The notes under the pieces were generated by a model, which was not told the DNA's origin, made no database searches, and was given only the letters and a program-made list of their open reading frames with translations. The position numbers were made by a program, and so were the translations under genes. This document shows, piece after piece, positions 27,104 to 37,226 of a stretch of DNA of 64,000 nucleotides. Source of the DNA: Escherichia phage WG01; sequence record NC_031928.1; one strand, written 5' to 3'. The first letter of the stretch is position 1. Every line of letters starts with the position of its first letter.

Positions 27104-29815
27104 TTAAAAGTCGAACATATCAAATAATGTTGCTTTTTTCTCGTAGTCGATTTTAGCAGACTCAGTAAAACCGGTCAGAGGCTTGATAAAGGTCTTTTGG
27201 AACAGTACGTTGTAGTCCATCCAACGGAGGACCTGGTCGCGAATCTGAACCGGGAGTTCAATACCTGACGGCCATGCCATACAAGCTTCACCGAACGGGT
27301 TGCCTTCTTTAAGTGGCAGTACATATACCTTTTCACCATCAACGATACGAGGCATAGTCAAATCACCTGCAGAAGCACGCATGTAAGCTAAGCAACCTTT
27401 GATGTGGTATGGACATTTAGAACCCGGGAATCCACCTTCATTATATTTCTCGATGTTGTTAGCACTGGATACTGCTGCAATGCTTACATAGTTGAGTTCG
27501 TTAAATTCCTTATTAAACTGTTTGAAATATTCTTGCAAAGATGCCTCGCCTTCCTGAAGCATACGACGGATACATTCCTTCAGAGCTTTCTGAACTGCTT
27601 TAGGTGTACTTGATTTCTGAGTTTCAAGGCCCATGATTTTCAAGTGCGGTTCGGCATAACGAGTACCTTCCATGTCCCAAACGTTCAGTGCATAACGTTT
27701 CTTGCCTGTCCAGAATCCACCAAGACCTTTAGAACCAAGTGGAGGACCTGCGATAGCTTCTCGGTCCATGAACATCAAGTGTTGTTTGTTGTTCATGTAT
27801 TCGCACATCTCACGGAAGCCTGCATCAATAGCTGGTTCCATACGTTCACGTGCAAATTTATCTAAGAAGTCGACCCAGTGGTTAGTATCACGGAATTTAT
27901 CTTCGCCTACTTTATTGATGATTGCATCTGCCTTAACATAAATGGAGTCAGTATCACCGTAGAGCACGAACTTCTGGTTTTCAGTCTTACACACGCTATT
28001 CAGATATTCGTTAACCTTACGTTCAATCCATTGGAGGGCCATTTGACCAAACAATGTGATTGCAGTTGCGTTCCTGAGGTCATAGTAACGGAACCATACG
28101 TTACCAAGTGCACCATAAAGGGAGTTGATAAGCAACTTACGGTTAATCTGAGCAGTGTTACCTGCAACTTCAGTGAGCTCGGCTTTCTTCAACATTTCTC
28201 TTAAAGAAGGCGCTGACAGTGCTTTAATCTGGGCTTTGATTTCGTCAGAGAAGTCAAAACGATAATCGATATCCAGTGGACTATCAACTGAGAGATTAGG
28301 ATTTTCCAATGCTTCTTTAATTAACTCGCCATTACGTTGAGCTGCAAGCATGTAACCTTTATGTTCTTTACGCTGCAAGAATACCTTTGTGATTTCTGTC
28401 GGAATCACACCTTCACGGTCTTTATAATACATCATGCCGTTAGGAGAGCAACTGTAGGTGTCGCTAGGACGCGGAGCTGTTCCGGCAATATATTCATGTA
28501 TCGGTGCGTTAGCGAATGTCCCTGCGATGGTCTCTGGGCTTATATTCACTTGTCTAATGATACTCGGGTACAGAGATGTAAGGTCGAAACTCATTACATA
28601 TTTGTAAGCGTTAGGAATCGGTTCCTTAACGAAAGCACCAGGATAAGGTTGGACCACGTGCGAACGAGCTTGTGGAATTACCTTGCCTTGTTCTTTAAGG
28701 CTATTAAAGATAATAGCGTCCCAAGTCTTAATTGGACTAAACACCGACTGAATCTGCATCTTGGCATAATAACCCATGTCCAAACTCAGAAGAATGAACT
28801 GACGCTTCATATCAATCTGCACTACACGATATACGTCGATAATGTTATAGGAAATATATCGTTGGTGGTTCGTCTCACGTAACTTGGAGATTGGGCCATC
28901 ATATTTCAACTTACCTACTTTCAATTCATATTCAGAAACATAATCCAGAGAATAAGAAGGCTGGTTGGTAAAGCTGAATTTTTTATACAGGTCGATATAA
29001 TCCAGAACAGAGATACCGAACAATGTAATGATTTCACGAGCACCGTACATGTTCTCGATAACTTTAACACGAGTTTTACGATGTGGGCTTAATCGCTTAG
29101 CAGTGTTCTCACCGAACAGATTTTTCAGACGGTTATAAACGTACGGTACGTCAAACGACTCAACGTTCCATCCAGTCAAAATCACAGGAGTTTTCTGTTG
29201 CCAGAAATTCAAGTACTCAAGCATCATTTCTTCTTCAGAATTAAACGGAAGATAAACGATTTTGTCAATGATTTCTTGTGGAACTTCGTCACCGCCTTCG
29301 TCTTGGAGTTTCTCAGCGATTTTAATCGACCACTCTTCGACAGTACCATAAGGCGAAACTAAAAGGTCGAATACATAGAATTTATCGTCAATCGAGTCGT
29401 AGTGGGTAATGGCATCGATAGGATGTTTAGCCTGAGCTGGTTCAGGGAATCCATCAGGAGATGTTACCTCGATGTCGAAGTTAGCAATACGAATCTTAGA
29501 AGAATCATATCTGATTTCTTTACGATAGGTATCAGACAAATAGGCTAATTTATAGTCGTCCATACCCAGGGCTTCGAGACCCATATCGTCCATACGTTTC
29601 ATCCATTGGGATGCATCACGCATAGAGTCGAATTCTTTCTTAACACAACCCTTACCATAGATATCAATGTATTTTACGGCTTGCTCTGGATTAGCATGCA
29701 TAAACATTGTAGGCTTGTAAGGAACTTCACGACTACGTTCGTTACCATTTTTATCGATGTAACGTTCGAGAATATTATCACCGATTTGTTCGACTGTCAA
29801 ATAGAATTCTTGCAT
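27104..29815 (-). CDS. 43: DNA polymerase (family B)
   Basis: 903 aa from ATG 29815 (AAGGAAATGAA RBS); exonuclease FDIEV and polymerase YGDTDS motifs; near-identical blocks to recalled RB69/T4 gp43. Confidence 0.95.
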   Translation of the reverse strand: MQEFYLTVEQIGDNILERYIDKNGNERSREVPYKPTMFMHANPEQAVKYIDIYGKGCVKKEFDSMRDASQWMKRMDDMGLEALGMDDYKLAYLSDTYRKEIRYDSSKIRIANFDIEVTSPDGFPEPAQAKHPIDAITHYDSIDDKFYVFDLLVSPYGTVEEWSIKIAEKLQDEGGDEVPQEIIDKIVYLPFNSEEEMMLEYLNFWQQKTPVILTGWNVESFDVPYVYNRLKNLFGENTAKRLSPHRKTRVKVIENMYGAREIITLFGISVLDYIDLYKKFSFTNQPSYSLDYVSEYELKVGKLKYDGPISKLRETNHQRYISYNIIDVYRVVQIDMKRQFILLSLDMGYYAKMQIQSVFSPIKTWDAIIFNSLKEQGKVIPQARSHVVQPYPGAFVKEPIPNAYKYVMSFDLTSLYPSIIRQVNISPETIAGTFANAPIHEYIAGTAPRPSDTYSCSPNGMMYYKDREGVIPTEITKVFLQRKEHKGYMLAAQRNGELIKEALENPNLSVDSPLDIDYRFDFSDEIKAQIKALSAPSLREMLKKAELTEVAGNTAQINRKLLINSLYGALGNVWFRYYDLRNATAITLFGQMALQWIERKVNEYLNSVCKTENQKFVLYGDTDSIYVKADAIINKVGEDKFRDTNHWVDFLDKFARERMEPAIDAGFREMCEYMNNKQHLMFMDREAIAGPPLGSKGLGGFWTGKKRYALNVWDMEGTRYAEPHLKIMGLETQKSSTPKAVQKALKECIRRMLQEGEASLQEYFKQFNKEFNELNYVSIAAVSSANNIEKYNEGGFPGSKCPYHIKGCLAYMRASAGDLTMPRIVDGEKVYVLPLKEGNPFGEACMAWPSGIELPVQIRDQVLRWMDYNVLFQKTFIKPLTGFTESAKIDYEKKATLFDMFDF

Positions 29816-29869
29816 TTCATTTCCTTTATAGACGAGTGATTGTCTTTTGTTTGTTGATGAATCATTATA

Positions 29870-29894
29870 CTCCAAAAGGGACCGAAGTCCCTTT
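29870..29894 (-). terminator. stem-loop terminator upstream of gene 43
   Basis: AAAGGGAC CGAA GTCCCTTT hairpin followed by TTGGAGTATAATG. Confidence 0.55.
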
Positions 29895-29896
29895 GC

Positions 29897-30112
29897 TTAA
29901 ATTTCTATTGTAAAACGTTTAATGGATGGATTGCCATATTCGTCTTTAGTTCTAATCATAGCCTGGAAGACTTGCTGTCCGGGATGTAATAACTTATGGA
30001 GGTCCTTTTGAAATTCTATTTGGAGCTCTTCGGAAAGGTCAAAAACAGTTTGAGTTGGAGAAAGTCCGTATACCTCTTTAAGACGTTCACACGTTTCAAT
30101 TTCAAGAATCAT
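29897..30112 (-). CDS. hypothetical small protein between regA and 43
   Basis: 71-aa ORF from first ATG, 1 nt after regA stop. Confidence 0.3.
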   Translation of the reverse strand: MILEIETCERLKEVYGLSPTQTVFDLSEELQIEFQKDLHKLLHPGQQVFQAMIRTKDEYGNPSIKRFTIEI

Positions 30113-30113
30113 A

Positions 30114-30476
30114 TTAATTACCAATGGTGTACTTAGACAGTAGTTCCCAGTCATTTTTCTGCTTAAAGGAAATGACACGGAAGTTATTGGTGATTTCGAA
30201 CAGTTCAGAGTCGTCTACGATATCAATCAGTCCCCACTCCTTAAGAAGCTGGGCAATTGAATCACGACGTTGGTAGTCTTCACCATCGATATCAACTTGG
30301 CGGCCATCCATACGCAACATCTCTTTAAAGTGGACGATATAGTATAGCCCTTGCTTTTGCAGAATGTGGCAGGATTGATATAGTTTCTTTTCTTTATTAT
30401 TAGCGATACCCATACGAGTTAGGGTCTCTTTCACTTTCAAGAAGTCTTCAGGTTGTTTCAGAGTAATTTCAATCAT
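30114..30476 (-). CDS. regA: translational repressor RegA
   Basis: 120 aa; MIEITLKQPEDFLKVKETLTRMGIANNKEKKLYQSCHILQKQGLYYIVHFKEMLRMDGRQV nearly identical to recalled T4 RegA. Confidence 0.92.
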   Translation of the reverse strand: MIEITLKQPEDFLKVKETLTRMGIANNKEKKLYQSCHILQKQGLYYIVHFKEMLRMDGRQVDIDGEDYQRRDSIAQLLKEWGLIDIVDDSELFEITNNFRVISFKQKNDWELLSKYTIGN

Positions 30477-30482
30477 TTTAAT

Positions 30483-31055
30483 TTACCATTCCAATGCTTT
30501 CTTTTTCAAGTCTTTTTGTTCTTTAACATTTTTAGTTACGGATTTCAGGAATTCGTCCGTAACCAACCCTTTCATCTTCTTAAGCACTGCCGGAAGATGG
30601 CCTTTAATTTTATAAGTCTCGAGATAACGATAAGCGTCATCATTATTAATTGAATGGTATTTCATCAATAAACGAGTAATAAAAACTACACTAACTTCAT
30701 CATCATGGGCCTTAGCCCATTTACCAAACCTCTTACCCTTAGGAACAGCGTGTAAAAGATAGTTGAAATGACTTTGGTCATCAAGTTTCAGACAGTTAAC
30801 CATTGCAGCCTGCATAATACAATCCACATGTTGGCTCAAACTATTATCGAGCCAAAATTGATTGTAGTTTTCCGACTGAGCCAAGTTACGTTGGTTCTTA
30901 CCATATGTGATATCGTTCATAATGGCAAACAATTCGTTTTCAGCCTTTTCTTTAAATGAATCGGCCAAGGCTTGAATAGCGGCATCGTTACGTTGTTTCC
31001 AAGCAACTTCATGTTCGTTCAGTTCAACGTCATCATCAAAAAGACTTATAGCCAT
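30483..31055 (-). CDS. 62: clamp loader small subunit
   Basis: 190 aa; ADSFKEKAENE, HFNYL, GKRFGKWAK, GLVTDEFLKSVTKNVKEQKDLKKKALEW match recalled T4 gp62. Confidence 0.85.
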   Translation of the reverse strand: MAISLFDDDVELNEHEVAWKQRNDAAIQALADSFKEKAENELFAIMNDITYGKNQRNLAQSENYNQFWLDNSLSQHVDCIMQAAMVNCLKLDDQSHFNYLLHAVPKGKRFGKWAKAHDDEVSVVFITRLLMKYHSINNDDAYRYLETYKIKGHLPAVLKKMKGLVTDEFLKSVTKNVKEQKDLKKKALEW

Positions 31056-32005
31056 TGGAGCTCCAGAGCAAGTTGGATGAACAGATAAGTCATGTGAATT
31101 TCTGGGTTAGCCGCAATACCGTGGTATTGGTTATTTTCACCGACAATTTCATACATTCTAACAATGCTTGGCCCAGGCAATTTACCATAGAGTTCGTTAG
31201 CCAGCGCCATAATAAAGTTGGAATAGTCATTGACATGGCGTGGAGCTAATGCACGGAGTTCTTTAAAGTTTTTATCTTTAAGTGCAGCCACTACTTCATC
31301 AATAGGCGAATTGGTATTCATTACAATACTCAAAATGCCTGAATCGATTTTACCACCGGACGAGTAACGGTCTAGTTGGTTAACTGTTTTACGGAAGTCA
31401 GGAAAGTTTTGTTTAACTAAGGCAGCAATAACTTTAAGGTCTTCGACTTCGATATTTTCGTTTTTACAGATTGCTACAGCACGATGAATCATTTCTTTCA
31501 TCATGGATGTTTGGTCGGCCGGGGTGGCTTCACCAAATTTAATAACACGACAACGGGATTGAAGTGGACCGATAATACCATCAATATTGTTTGCTGTAAT
31601 AATTACAGAACAGTTTGAGGAATAGGCTTCTAAGAACGAACGAAGGTGACGTTGAGCTTCAGCAACACCGGCGCGGTCGAATTCGTCGATAACAATTACC
31701 TTACGCTTACCTTCGATAGATTTGGAAGATGCAAAACGAGTAAGTTCATTACGAACGAAATCAATACGGCAGTCAGAACCGTTAACAAACAACATGTCTG
31801 AATTTGTATCAGCACACAATGCTTTAGCTACGGTAGTTTTACCTGTGCCTGGTGAAGCAGAGACTAGGATAATGTTAGGGATTAGGCCCTTATTAACAAT
31901 GGCTTGGAGGGTTTCTTTATCATGCGCAGGCAGAATACACTCAGATAAAGTACCTGGACGATATTTCTGTTCCCACATGAATTCATTATTGTTTACTGTA
32001 AGCAT
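31046..32005 (-). CDS. 44: clamp loader large subunit (AAA+)
   Basis: 319 aa; Walker A SPGTGKTTVAKAL, Walker B VIVIDEFD. Confidence 0.9.
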   Translation of the reverse strand: MLTVNNNEFMWEQKYRPGTLSECILPAHDKETLQAIVNKGLIPNIILVSASPGTGKTTVAKALCADTNSDMLFVNGSDCRIDFVRNELTRFASSKSIEGKRKVIVIDEFDRAGVAEAQRHLRSFLEAYSSNCSVIITANNIDGIIGPLQSRCRVIKFGEATPADQTSMMKEMIHRAVAICKNENIEVEDLKVIAALVKQNFPDFRKTVNQLDRYSSGGKIDSGILSIVMNTNSPIDEVVAALKDKNFKELRALAPRHVNDYSNFIMALANELYGKLPGPSIVRMYEIVGENNQYHGIAANPEIHMTYLFIQLALELQWL

Positions 32006-32043
32006 ATTAATTTCCTCAGGTTTGTTTTTACATTATACTCCAA

Positions 32044-32060
32044 GGGAGGAAATTCCTCCC
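32044..32060 (-). promoter_or_regulatory. intergenic hairpin between 45 and 44 followed by TATAAT
   Basis: GGGAGGAA-ATT-CCTCCC palindrome followed on minus strand by TTGGAGTATAATG. Confidence 0.4.
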
Positions 32061-32066
32061 TATGCT

Positions 32067-32765
32067 TTAGAACGAGTGGCTTGAGCCTGCTTCCATAGCC
32101 AATACATAAGAAGCTTGTGAACCTTCAAACTTGGCTGCGAAACGAGCGTCCTGGCCTTCACCACGGGCCCATAACAATACATGGTAATCGGCAGGCATCA
32201 TTTTCATATTAGTTTTGTTGATAATGAATTTGAATTCAGGGCCATCATGATCTGCAACCACTAAGGAATACAATGGACGGGCCAGGTCCTTATCATCAAC
32301 TTGTTTGTAGCCATTGATTACAATTTTACCATTGTCTACAGTAATAGCAAATGTATCAATACTCAGTCCAGAGGACACACGCATCAACTGCTGGTAATCT
32401 TCGGCTTTAAGGTCAAAAATAACTTCAGCCACCGGGAACGGAATAGCTTTGCTTGGGAATGCAATTGTGCTTGGGTCGGCAATAGGCCACTTAATAGTTG
32501 AACGTTGGTCTTTAATAATTAAAGTGGTTTGGTCTTCACTTACCGAAACTTCAGCACTTTCAGATACCAATGACAGAATACTTAAGAAGCCGTTCAGGTC
32601 GTAGATTGCGGCTTCGATATCAAAGGTGTCATTTACAGTAGCTTCACCATAACTTGCACCCGTTACTGAACGAGTTAGAATAGTGTTACCAGGTTTAAGC
32701 ATGATACCTGGGTTAATACCGGAGAAGTTTTTCAGAATGTTCAGAGTTTCTTTAGAGAATTTCAT
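32067..32765 (-). CDS. 45: sliding clamp
   Basis: 232 aa; aligns along length with recalled T4 gp45 (LKNFSGINPGIMLK..., AIYDLNGFL..., C-terminal block). Confidence 0.9.
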   Translation of the reverse strand: MKFSKETLNILKNFSGINPGIMLKPGNTILTRSVTGASYGEATVNDTFDIEAAIYDLNGFLSILSLVSESAEVSVSEDQTTLIIKDQRSTIKWPIADPSTIAFPSKAIPFPVAEVIFDLKAEDYQQLMRVSSGLSIDTFAITVDNGKIVINGYKQVDDKDLARPLYSLVVADHDGPEFKFIINKTNMKMMPADYHVLLWARGEGQDARFAAKFEGSQASYVLAMEAGSSHSF

Positions 32766-32793
32766 AATGTTTCCTTATCAAGTCAAAAATTAA

Positions 32794-33207
32794 TTAAGCA
32801 ATAACGATCATTTGTTTACGAATGGATTCAGGCAGAGATTCAATATACTCTGGAATCTGGGAAGCAACAATAGCACCAGCTTCAAGCAGTTGTTCGTCAA
32901 AATCTACACAATAATCATCTTCGAGACGTTCAGAACCATCACGGTCGATAACCAGTTTAGCACCTGCGGCCAGTGAATCATTATAGTGGCGACGCATAAT
33001 TTCTACCCACTTATCGGATACGTCGTTATCAATGATACCGTAGAGCATGAACTTAGTTTCTTGTGGAAGAGACTGCAGACGACGTGCAGAGTCGGTATCA
33101 ATATTCAGTACCCATGATTTACGGATACGGTTTTGATTATGTGGGTTGGAATCAGTACGAATGGTTTTAACTTGGATATCTTTAACAGTAATAGCGTTAG
33201 CAAACAT
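32794..33207 (-). CDS. RpbA-like RNA polymerase-binding protein (by position)
   Basis: ORF between 45 and 46 as T4 rpbA; start moved to internal ATG; no motif verified. Confidence 0.45.
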   Translation of the reverse strand: MFANAITVKDIQVKTIRTDSNPHNQNRIRKSWVLNIDTDSARRLQSLPQETKFMLYGIIDNDVSDKWVEIMRRHYNDSLAAGAKLVIDRDGSERLEDDYCVDFDEQLLEAGAIVASQIPEYIESLPESIRKQMIVIA

Positions 33208-33267
33208 AATATTTTCTCTCATTTGGTTGGTAGATGTATTATAAATCAATATTTTAAAGCACTTAAT

Positions 33268-33459
33268 TTAATCAAAGTATTCATAAACGAACCAGGCAGG
33301 ATTCCTGTTCGACATGATTCTATCATACTCTGACTTAAAAGCATTTCGGAGATAATCTTCAGTAACAAGATGTTCGTCTCCAGAGAAGTTATTAACTAAA
33401 ACATACCGCTTTAGTTCAGGAACGGCCAACAAATGCTGGCCTGTTATAAAATCACTCAT
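33268..33459 (-). CDS. hypothetical protein (45.2 position)
   Basis: 63-aa ORF overlapping start of 46 region. Confidence 0.45.
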   Translation of the reverse strand: MSDFITGQHLLAVPELKRYVLVNNFSGDEHLVTEDYLRNAFKSEYDRIMSNRNPAWFVYEYFD

Positions 33460-35138
33460 TCCATCACCGTGAATCGTCCAACTTTCTTCATTTGAAGATG
33501 TTGGCCATAAGCTTGTGGGTCATGGTCTCGGTGAGAGATAATGAACACGTTCGTATCCTCAAGGCTATTCAAGATGGTTGCAATGGTCTTAACGCCTTCA
33601 GCGTCAGTAGCACTGTCAAATACCTCATCAAGAATTAACGTGCTGATATTAACACCTGATACCTTAGAAGCAATATCGCGCCATGTAAAAAGTAGTGCGA
33701 TATCAATACGTGCTTTCTCACCCTGTGAAAATGAAGCATAACTAAAGTCTTCACGTCCACGTGATTTAATCGTCTCATTGAACTCTTCGTCTAGTGTAAA
33801 GACGTAGTCCGCTTCCATAATCTTCAAATAAGAATTTATCTGCTTATTAAAGATAGGAATGTATTTCTTAATAATGGAACCTTTAATACCAGTATCCTTC
33901 AACATTTCTGTCAGAATTCCACGATGGTATTTTTCCATTACCAAGGACGATTTGGTAGAGACGATTTTATCAAGCTCTGCTTGAAGCGCGGCAATCTCTT
34001 CGGCATTACTTACGAACTCAGCAGCTGCTTGGTCGATTAATACTTTAACTTTTTTAGCTTTCTCTACGGCAGTAATGGCTTGTTGCTTATGAGTAGCTAT
34101 CTGAGATTTAATAGCCAGAGCTTTATTACGTTGTTCGGTTACTTGGTCCTTAATGAGCTTGAGTTCTTGGTACTGTTCGTTAATCTTATCCAAAGATTTT
34201 TGAAGCTCAAAGTTCTTATCCTTAATTTTAGTAAGGATATTTCCATGCTCTTCCAGTCCTTGCATACATGTAGGACAACTACCACCGGTTTCGTATAATT
34301 TCACGACCTTAGTAAAGGTTGCCATATCATTCTTGATTGCAAATCCTTTATTGCTCAGGTCACTCATAGAGTTGCTAGGGTCATCATCGACGATGACATT
34401 GAGTAATTCATCAGTCAGTTTTTCTATATTGCCCTTCGCAGTCCTGGCTTCTTTAACGAGCTCATCGTACATTGTTTGTAGACGTGCTGCGTTCTCACCT
34501 GATAATTTACGCTGACGTTCTTCGTTGTCATTATAAATTTTAATTTGCTGGATAATAGAATCCTGTTTAACGTCGATTACTTGGATTTGGCTATTAGTCT
34601 CACGAATCAAAGATTTGTTCAACTTGTCCATATCCGCTAATACAGAAACCTCTAAGAGGTCTTCCACAAGCTTTCGGCGCGCAGGGGTCGACAAACCCAT
34701 GAAAGGGGTATACCCTGCTGTACCAAGTACGACAATCTGTTTGAAACTGGTATATGACATTCCGATAAGCTGTTCAAATTCTGCTTGGAAGTCTTTACTG
34801 CTGGCAGATTCATCAAGACGTTCACCGCCACAAGAGATTTCAAAAATATTGGGTTTTTGCCCGCGCTTGATATAGTATTCTTTGCCATCATATTCCATCC
34901 ACAGTTCGACCAAAAGGTCTTTCTTATTACTTGAGTTAATCAACTGCCCTTTCTTAACATCACGAAAAGGCTTACCGAACAGAGCAAATGTAACGGCTTC
35001 AAGGAACGTAGATTTACCAGCGCCGTTTTTACCGGTGACTAAGGTCTTTTGGACCTTATCAAGTTGGATTGTAATAGGTTGCTGGCCTACCGACATAATA
35101 TTTTTATACGTTACTTTCTTTAACTTAAACGTTTTCAT
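33456..35138 (-). CDS. 46: recombination endonuclease subunit (Rad50/SbcC-like ATPase)
   Basis: 560 aa; Walker A GKNGAGKST, central coiled coil with CPTC zinc hook, C-terminal signature and Walker B LILDEVFD. Confidence 0.9.
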   Translation of the reverse strand: MKTFKLKKVTYKNIMSVGQQPITIQLDKVQKTLVTGKNGAGKSTFLEAVTFALFGKPFRDVKKGQLINSSNKKDLLVELWMEYDGKEYYIKRGQKPNIFEISCGGERLDESASSKDFQAEFEQLIGMSYTSFKQIVVLGTAGYTPFMGLSTPARRKLVEDLLEVSVLADMDKLNKSLIRETNSQIQVIDVKQDSIIQQIKIYNDNEERQRKLSGENAARLQTMYDELVKEARTAKGNIEKLTDELLNVIVDDDPSNSMSDLSNKGFAIKNDMATFTKVVKLYETGGSCPTCMQGLEEHGNILTKIKDKNFELQKSLDKINEQYQELKLIKDQVTEQRNKALAIKSQIATHKQQAITAVEKAKKVKVLIDQAAAEFVSNAEEIAALQAELDKIVSTKSSLVMEKYHRGILTEMLKDTGIKGSIIKKYIPIFNKQINSYLKIMEADYVFTLDEEFNETIKSRGREDFSYASFSQGEKARIDIALLFTWRDIASKVSGVNISTLILDEVFDSATDAEGVKTIATILNSLEDTNVFIISHRDHDPQAYGQHLQMKKVGRFTVME

Positions 35139-35359
35139 GTATTGTTCTCACGAATTGTTTGTTCAGCATATTCTAGCATTTCTTCGGAAGAAGCAAACAC
35201 GTCGTCAAGTTCCATGGCCCATGAAACACCTTCAGAATATTCAGAAGTGACATACATAGTTCCGGTATACCAAGAACCATCCACGTCCCATTCTACATTA
35301 CCGAACCAGCCATCGCCAATATGAAAATCATGTTTATACATTTTCATCATTATAAGCAT
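35135..35359 (-). CDS. hypothetical protein (46.1 position)
   Basis: 74-aa ORF between 46 and 47. Confidence 0.5.
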   Translation of the reverse strand: MLIMMKMYKHDFHIGDGWFGNVEWDVDGSWYTGTMYVTSEYSEGVSWAMELDDVFASSEEMLEYAEQTIRENNT

Positions 35360-35597
35360 CCTTGATGCATGATTCAGCCATATGAATTAATGTTTCTGGA
35401 GTATCATCTACCATTACATTAAAGCTAAATTCCACAGCCCAATCAGTAGCAACATAAACTTTAATAAGCTCGTTGGTATCGCGAGTGCTCACGGCTTCAA
35501 ACCAGAACTTAATGATATTCGTTTGGTTATCGTCATCAATAACGATGCAGTCGTGTTCTAGTTCAAGGCCTGATTTTTTGAATTCATCTAAAGTCAT
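35334..35597 (-). CDS. hypothetical protein (46.2 position)
   Basis: 87-aa ORF between 46 and 47. Confidence 0.5.
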   Translation of the reverse strand: MTLDEFKKSGLELEHDCIVIDDDNQTNIIKFWFEAVSTRDTNELIKVYVATDWAVEFSFNVMVDDTPETLIHMAESCIKDAYNDENV

Positions 35598-36616
35598 CGT
35601 GTAACCTCATTATAAAGTTGTGCGGCCATAGTCTTAAGGGCTTTAACATCGTCTTCAGTGTGGCCATCAGGAAGGGCATCGATATAATCATACATCATAT
35701 CCAAGAGGGACTTAACTTCATCTTCCTCTTCAGAATCATCGATATCAACACTGTTATCTACCTTAGACACAATACGTAAAGAGTGAACAACCTTTTCAAG
35801 TTCAGATTCGAACTTGGTAAGCCCGTCATCAATTTTATCGACTATAACACGAACCGCAATATTTGTAAAATCTTTGTAATCGATAGTCGCATTCGGATAA
35901 TGAATCTTACGATGCCAACAAGTTTCATTGATGATGAAATCCATTTTATGGGTTTCTGTATCGAAAATCCAGAAGCCACGAGGGTCGTTCTCATCACCTG
36001 CAGTCAGGGTCCATGGCGTACCAATATACTTGACGTTTGCTGCATCAGAAATGGTGTGGAAGTGACCAGACCATACTTGCTTATACTTCTTAAGGAAATC
36101 AGGTTCTAAACCATGTGATTTCATTCCTTTATAGAAATAGAAACCATTTAATTCCCAGTGGCCAATACAGAAATCGGCAGTAGTATTTTTGATATGGTCC
36201 ATGATATCGGTCGTGTTTTCTTCACACATCCATGGAATCAAATCAATTTCTGTACCATCAAAATTAACCGTAGTAGGTTTCTCAATAACCTTGATATGGT
36301 CGTATTTACCCAGAACTTCAGAAGCAGCGTTCGGAGTCAATGTGTTTTTGTAGTGCATATCATGGTTACCAACGACCGTATACATGGTAATGCCGTTGGC
36401 TTTAAGCAAATCGGAGATTTCGCGAGCGAATTCCATACACTTATGGGTAATTGCTTTACGAACGTCAAAGATATCACCGTATTGAATCCATACAGTAATG
36501 CCATTTGCTTTAGAATAATTAATAGCGTCTTGGATACCTTGACGTTGGATATTTTGTACCCACACATCATCGGCCTTCACTCCAAGGTGCCAGTCACCTG
36601 TGTTTAATATTTTCAT
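35594..36616 (-). CDS. 47: recombination nuclease subunit (Mre11/SbcD-like phosphoesterase)
   Basis: 340 aa from ATG 36616; MKILNTGDWHLG phosphoesterase motif I, GNHD motif. Confidence 0.9.
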   Translation of the reverse strand: MKILNTGDWHLGVKADDVWVQNIQRQGIQDAINYSKANGITVWIQYGDIFDVRKAITHKCMEFAREISDLLKANGITMYTVVGNHDMHYKNTLTPNAASEVLGKYDHIKVIEKPTTVNFDGTEIDLIPWMCEENTTDIMDHIKNTTADFCIGHWELNGFYFYKGMKSHGLEPDFLKKYKQVWSGHFHTISDAANVKYIGTPWTLTAGDENDPRGFWIFDTETHKMDFIINETCWHRKIHYPNATIDYKDFTNIAVRVIVDKIDDGLTKFESELEKVVHSLRIVSKVDNSVDIDDSEEEDEVKSLLDMMYDYIDALPDGHTEDDVKALKTMAAQLYNEVTR

Positions 36617-36756
36617 AAGCCAAGCGCCGTTATTGCAATGCAAAATAAAATTATTGAAATGAACCCGTCAGGAGTGGAAAAGAATCCTATCCAACAAGCT
36701 CGTGTGAATGTGTAGAATGCCATGAATAACACGACATATCCTAAAAGTAGTTCCAT
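36613..36756 (-). CDS. small membrane protein (47 aa)
   Basis: Hand-translated ORF MELLLGYVVLFMAFYTFTRACWIGFF...; GAGGAGAACA RBS; ATGA-coupled to gene 47; below track cutoff. Confidence 0.4.
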   Translation of the reverse strand: MELLLGYVVLFMAFYTFTRACWIGFFSTPDGFISIILFCIAITALGL

Positions 36757-36799
36757 ATGTTCTCCTCAGTTGGTTCATTTTATCATCCAAATATAAAGC

Positions 36800-36822
36800 A
36801 AAAAAGGAGCCTAAGCTCCTTT
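36800..36822 (-). terminator. stem-loop terminator
   Basis: AAGGAGC CTAA GCTCCTT hairpin with flanking A/T runs. Confidence 0.5.
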
Positions 36823-36984
36823 ACCAACTAATACACCGTACAGAGGTTCGTGATTAGACCTGAACTTGATAGGCTTATAGGTAATAGTACCTTCATTTTC
36901 TGCTTTAATACGAGCGGCTTCAAATTGAAGTATCATCTCATTTTTGTCAGATTTAATCTTATCAAAATCCATCGAATTCGTCAT
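36811..36984 (-). CDS. hypothetical small protein (57 aa)
   Basis: Hand-translated ORF MTNSMDFDKIKSDKNEMILQFEAARIK...; AAGAGG RBS; 3' end overlaps terminator hairpin. Confidence 0.3.
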   Translation of the reverse strand: MTNSMDFDKIKSDKNEMILQFEAARIKAENEGTITYKPIKFRSNHEPLYGVLVGKGA

Positions 36985-37226
36985 TCATACAACCTCTTAA
37001 ACTTTTTCGTATTCGTCTTTCATTAGCCGCCTGTCCACGTTATCATCGTTGCCACCATTTCTTAAGTTGATGAGAATCTACCCAAACCTTGGCTACGGGC
37101 TCAATCCGAAAAATTCCATCGGAATACTGGCCGACCATTTTATATTCGGTTTCGGACTGCTTAATACAGATATTACCGTATGAGCGAAGTCTAAAGGCGG
37201 CTCCAATAAGAAGCCGTTTAAAGGGT

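Noticed and set aside
267-29839. Plus-strand ORFs in the six-frame track lying inside minus-strand genes (for example 267..449 and 841..1038 in rIIA, 14720..15145 in gene 56, 28337..28882 in gene 43)
   Set aside because: They are fully embedded antisense to well-supported genes, lack RBS signals and have no motifs; treated as shadow ORFs.
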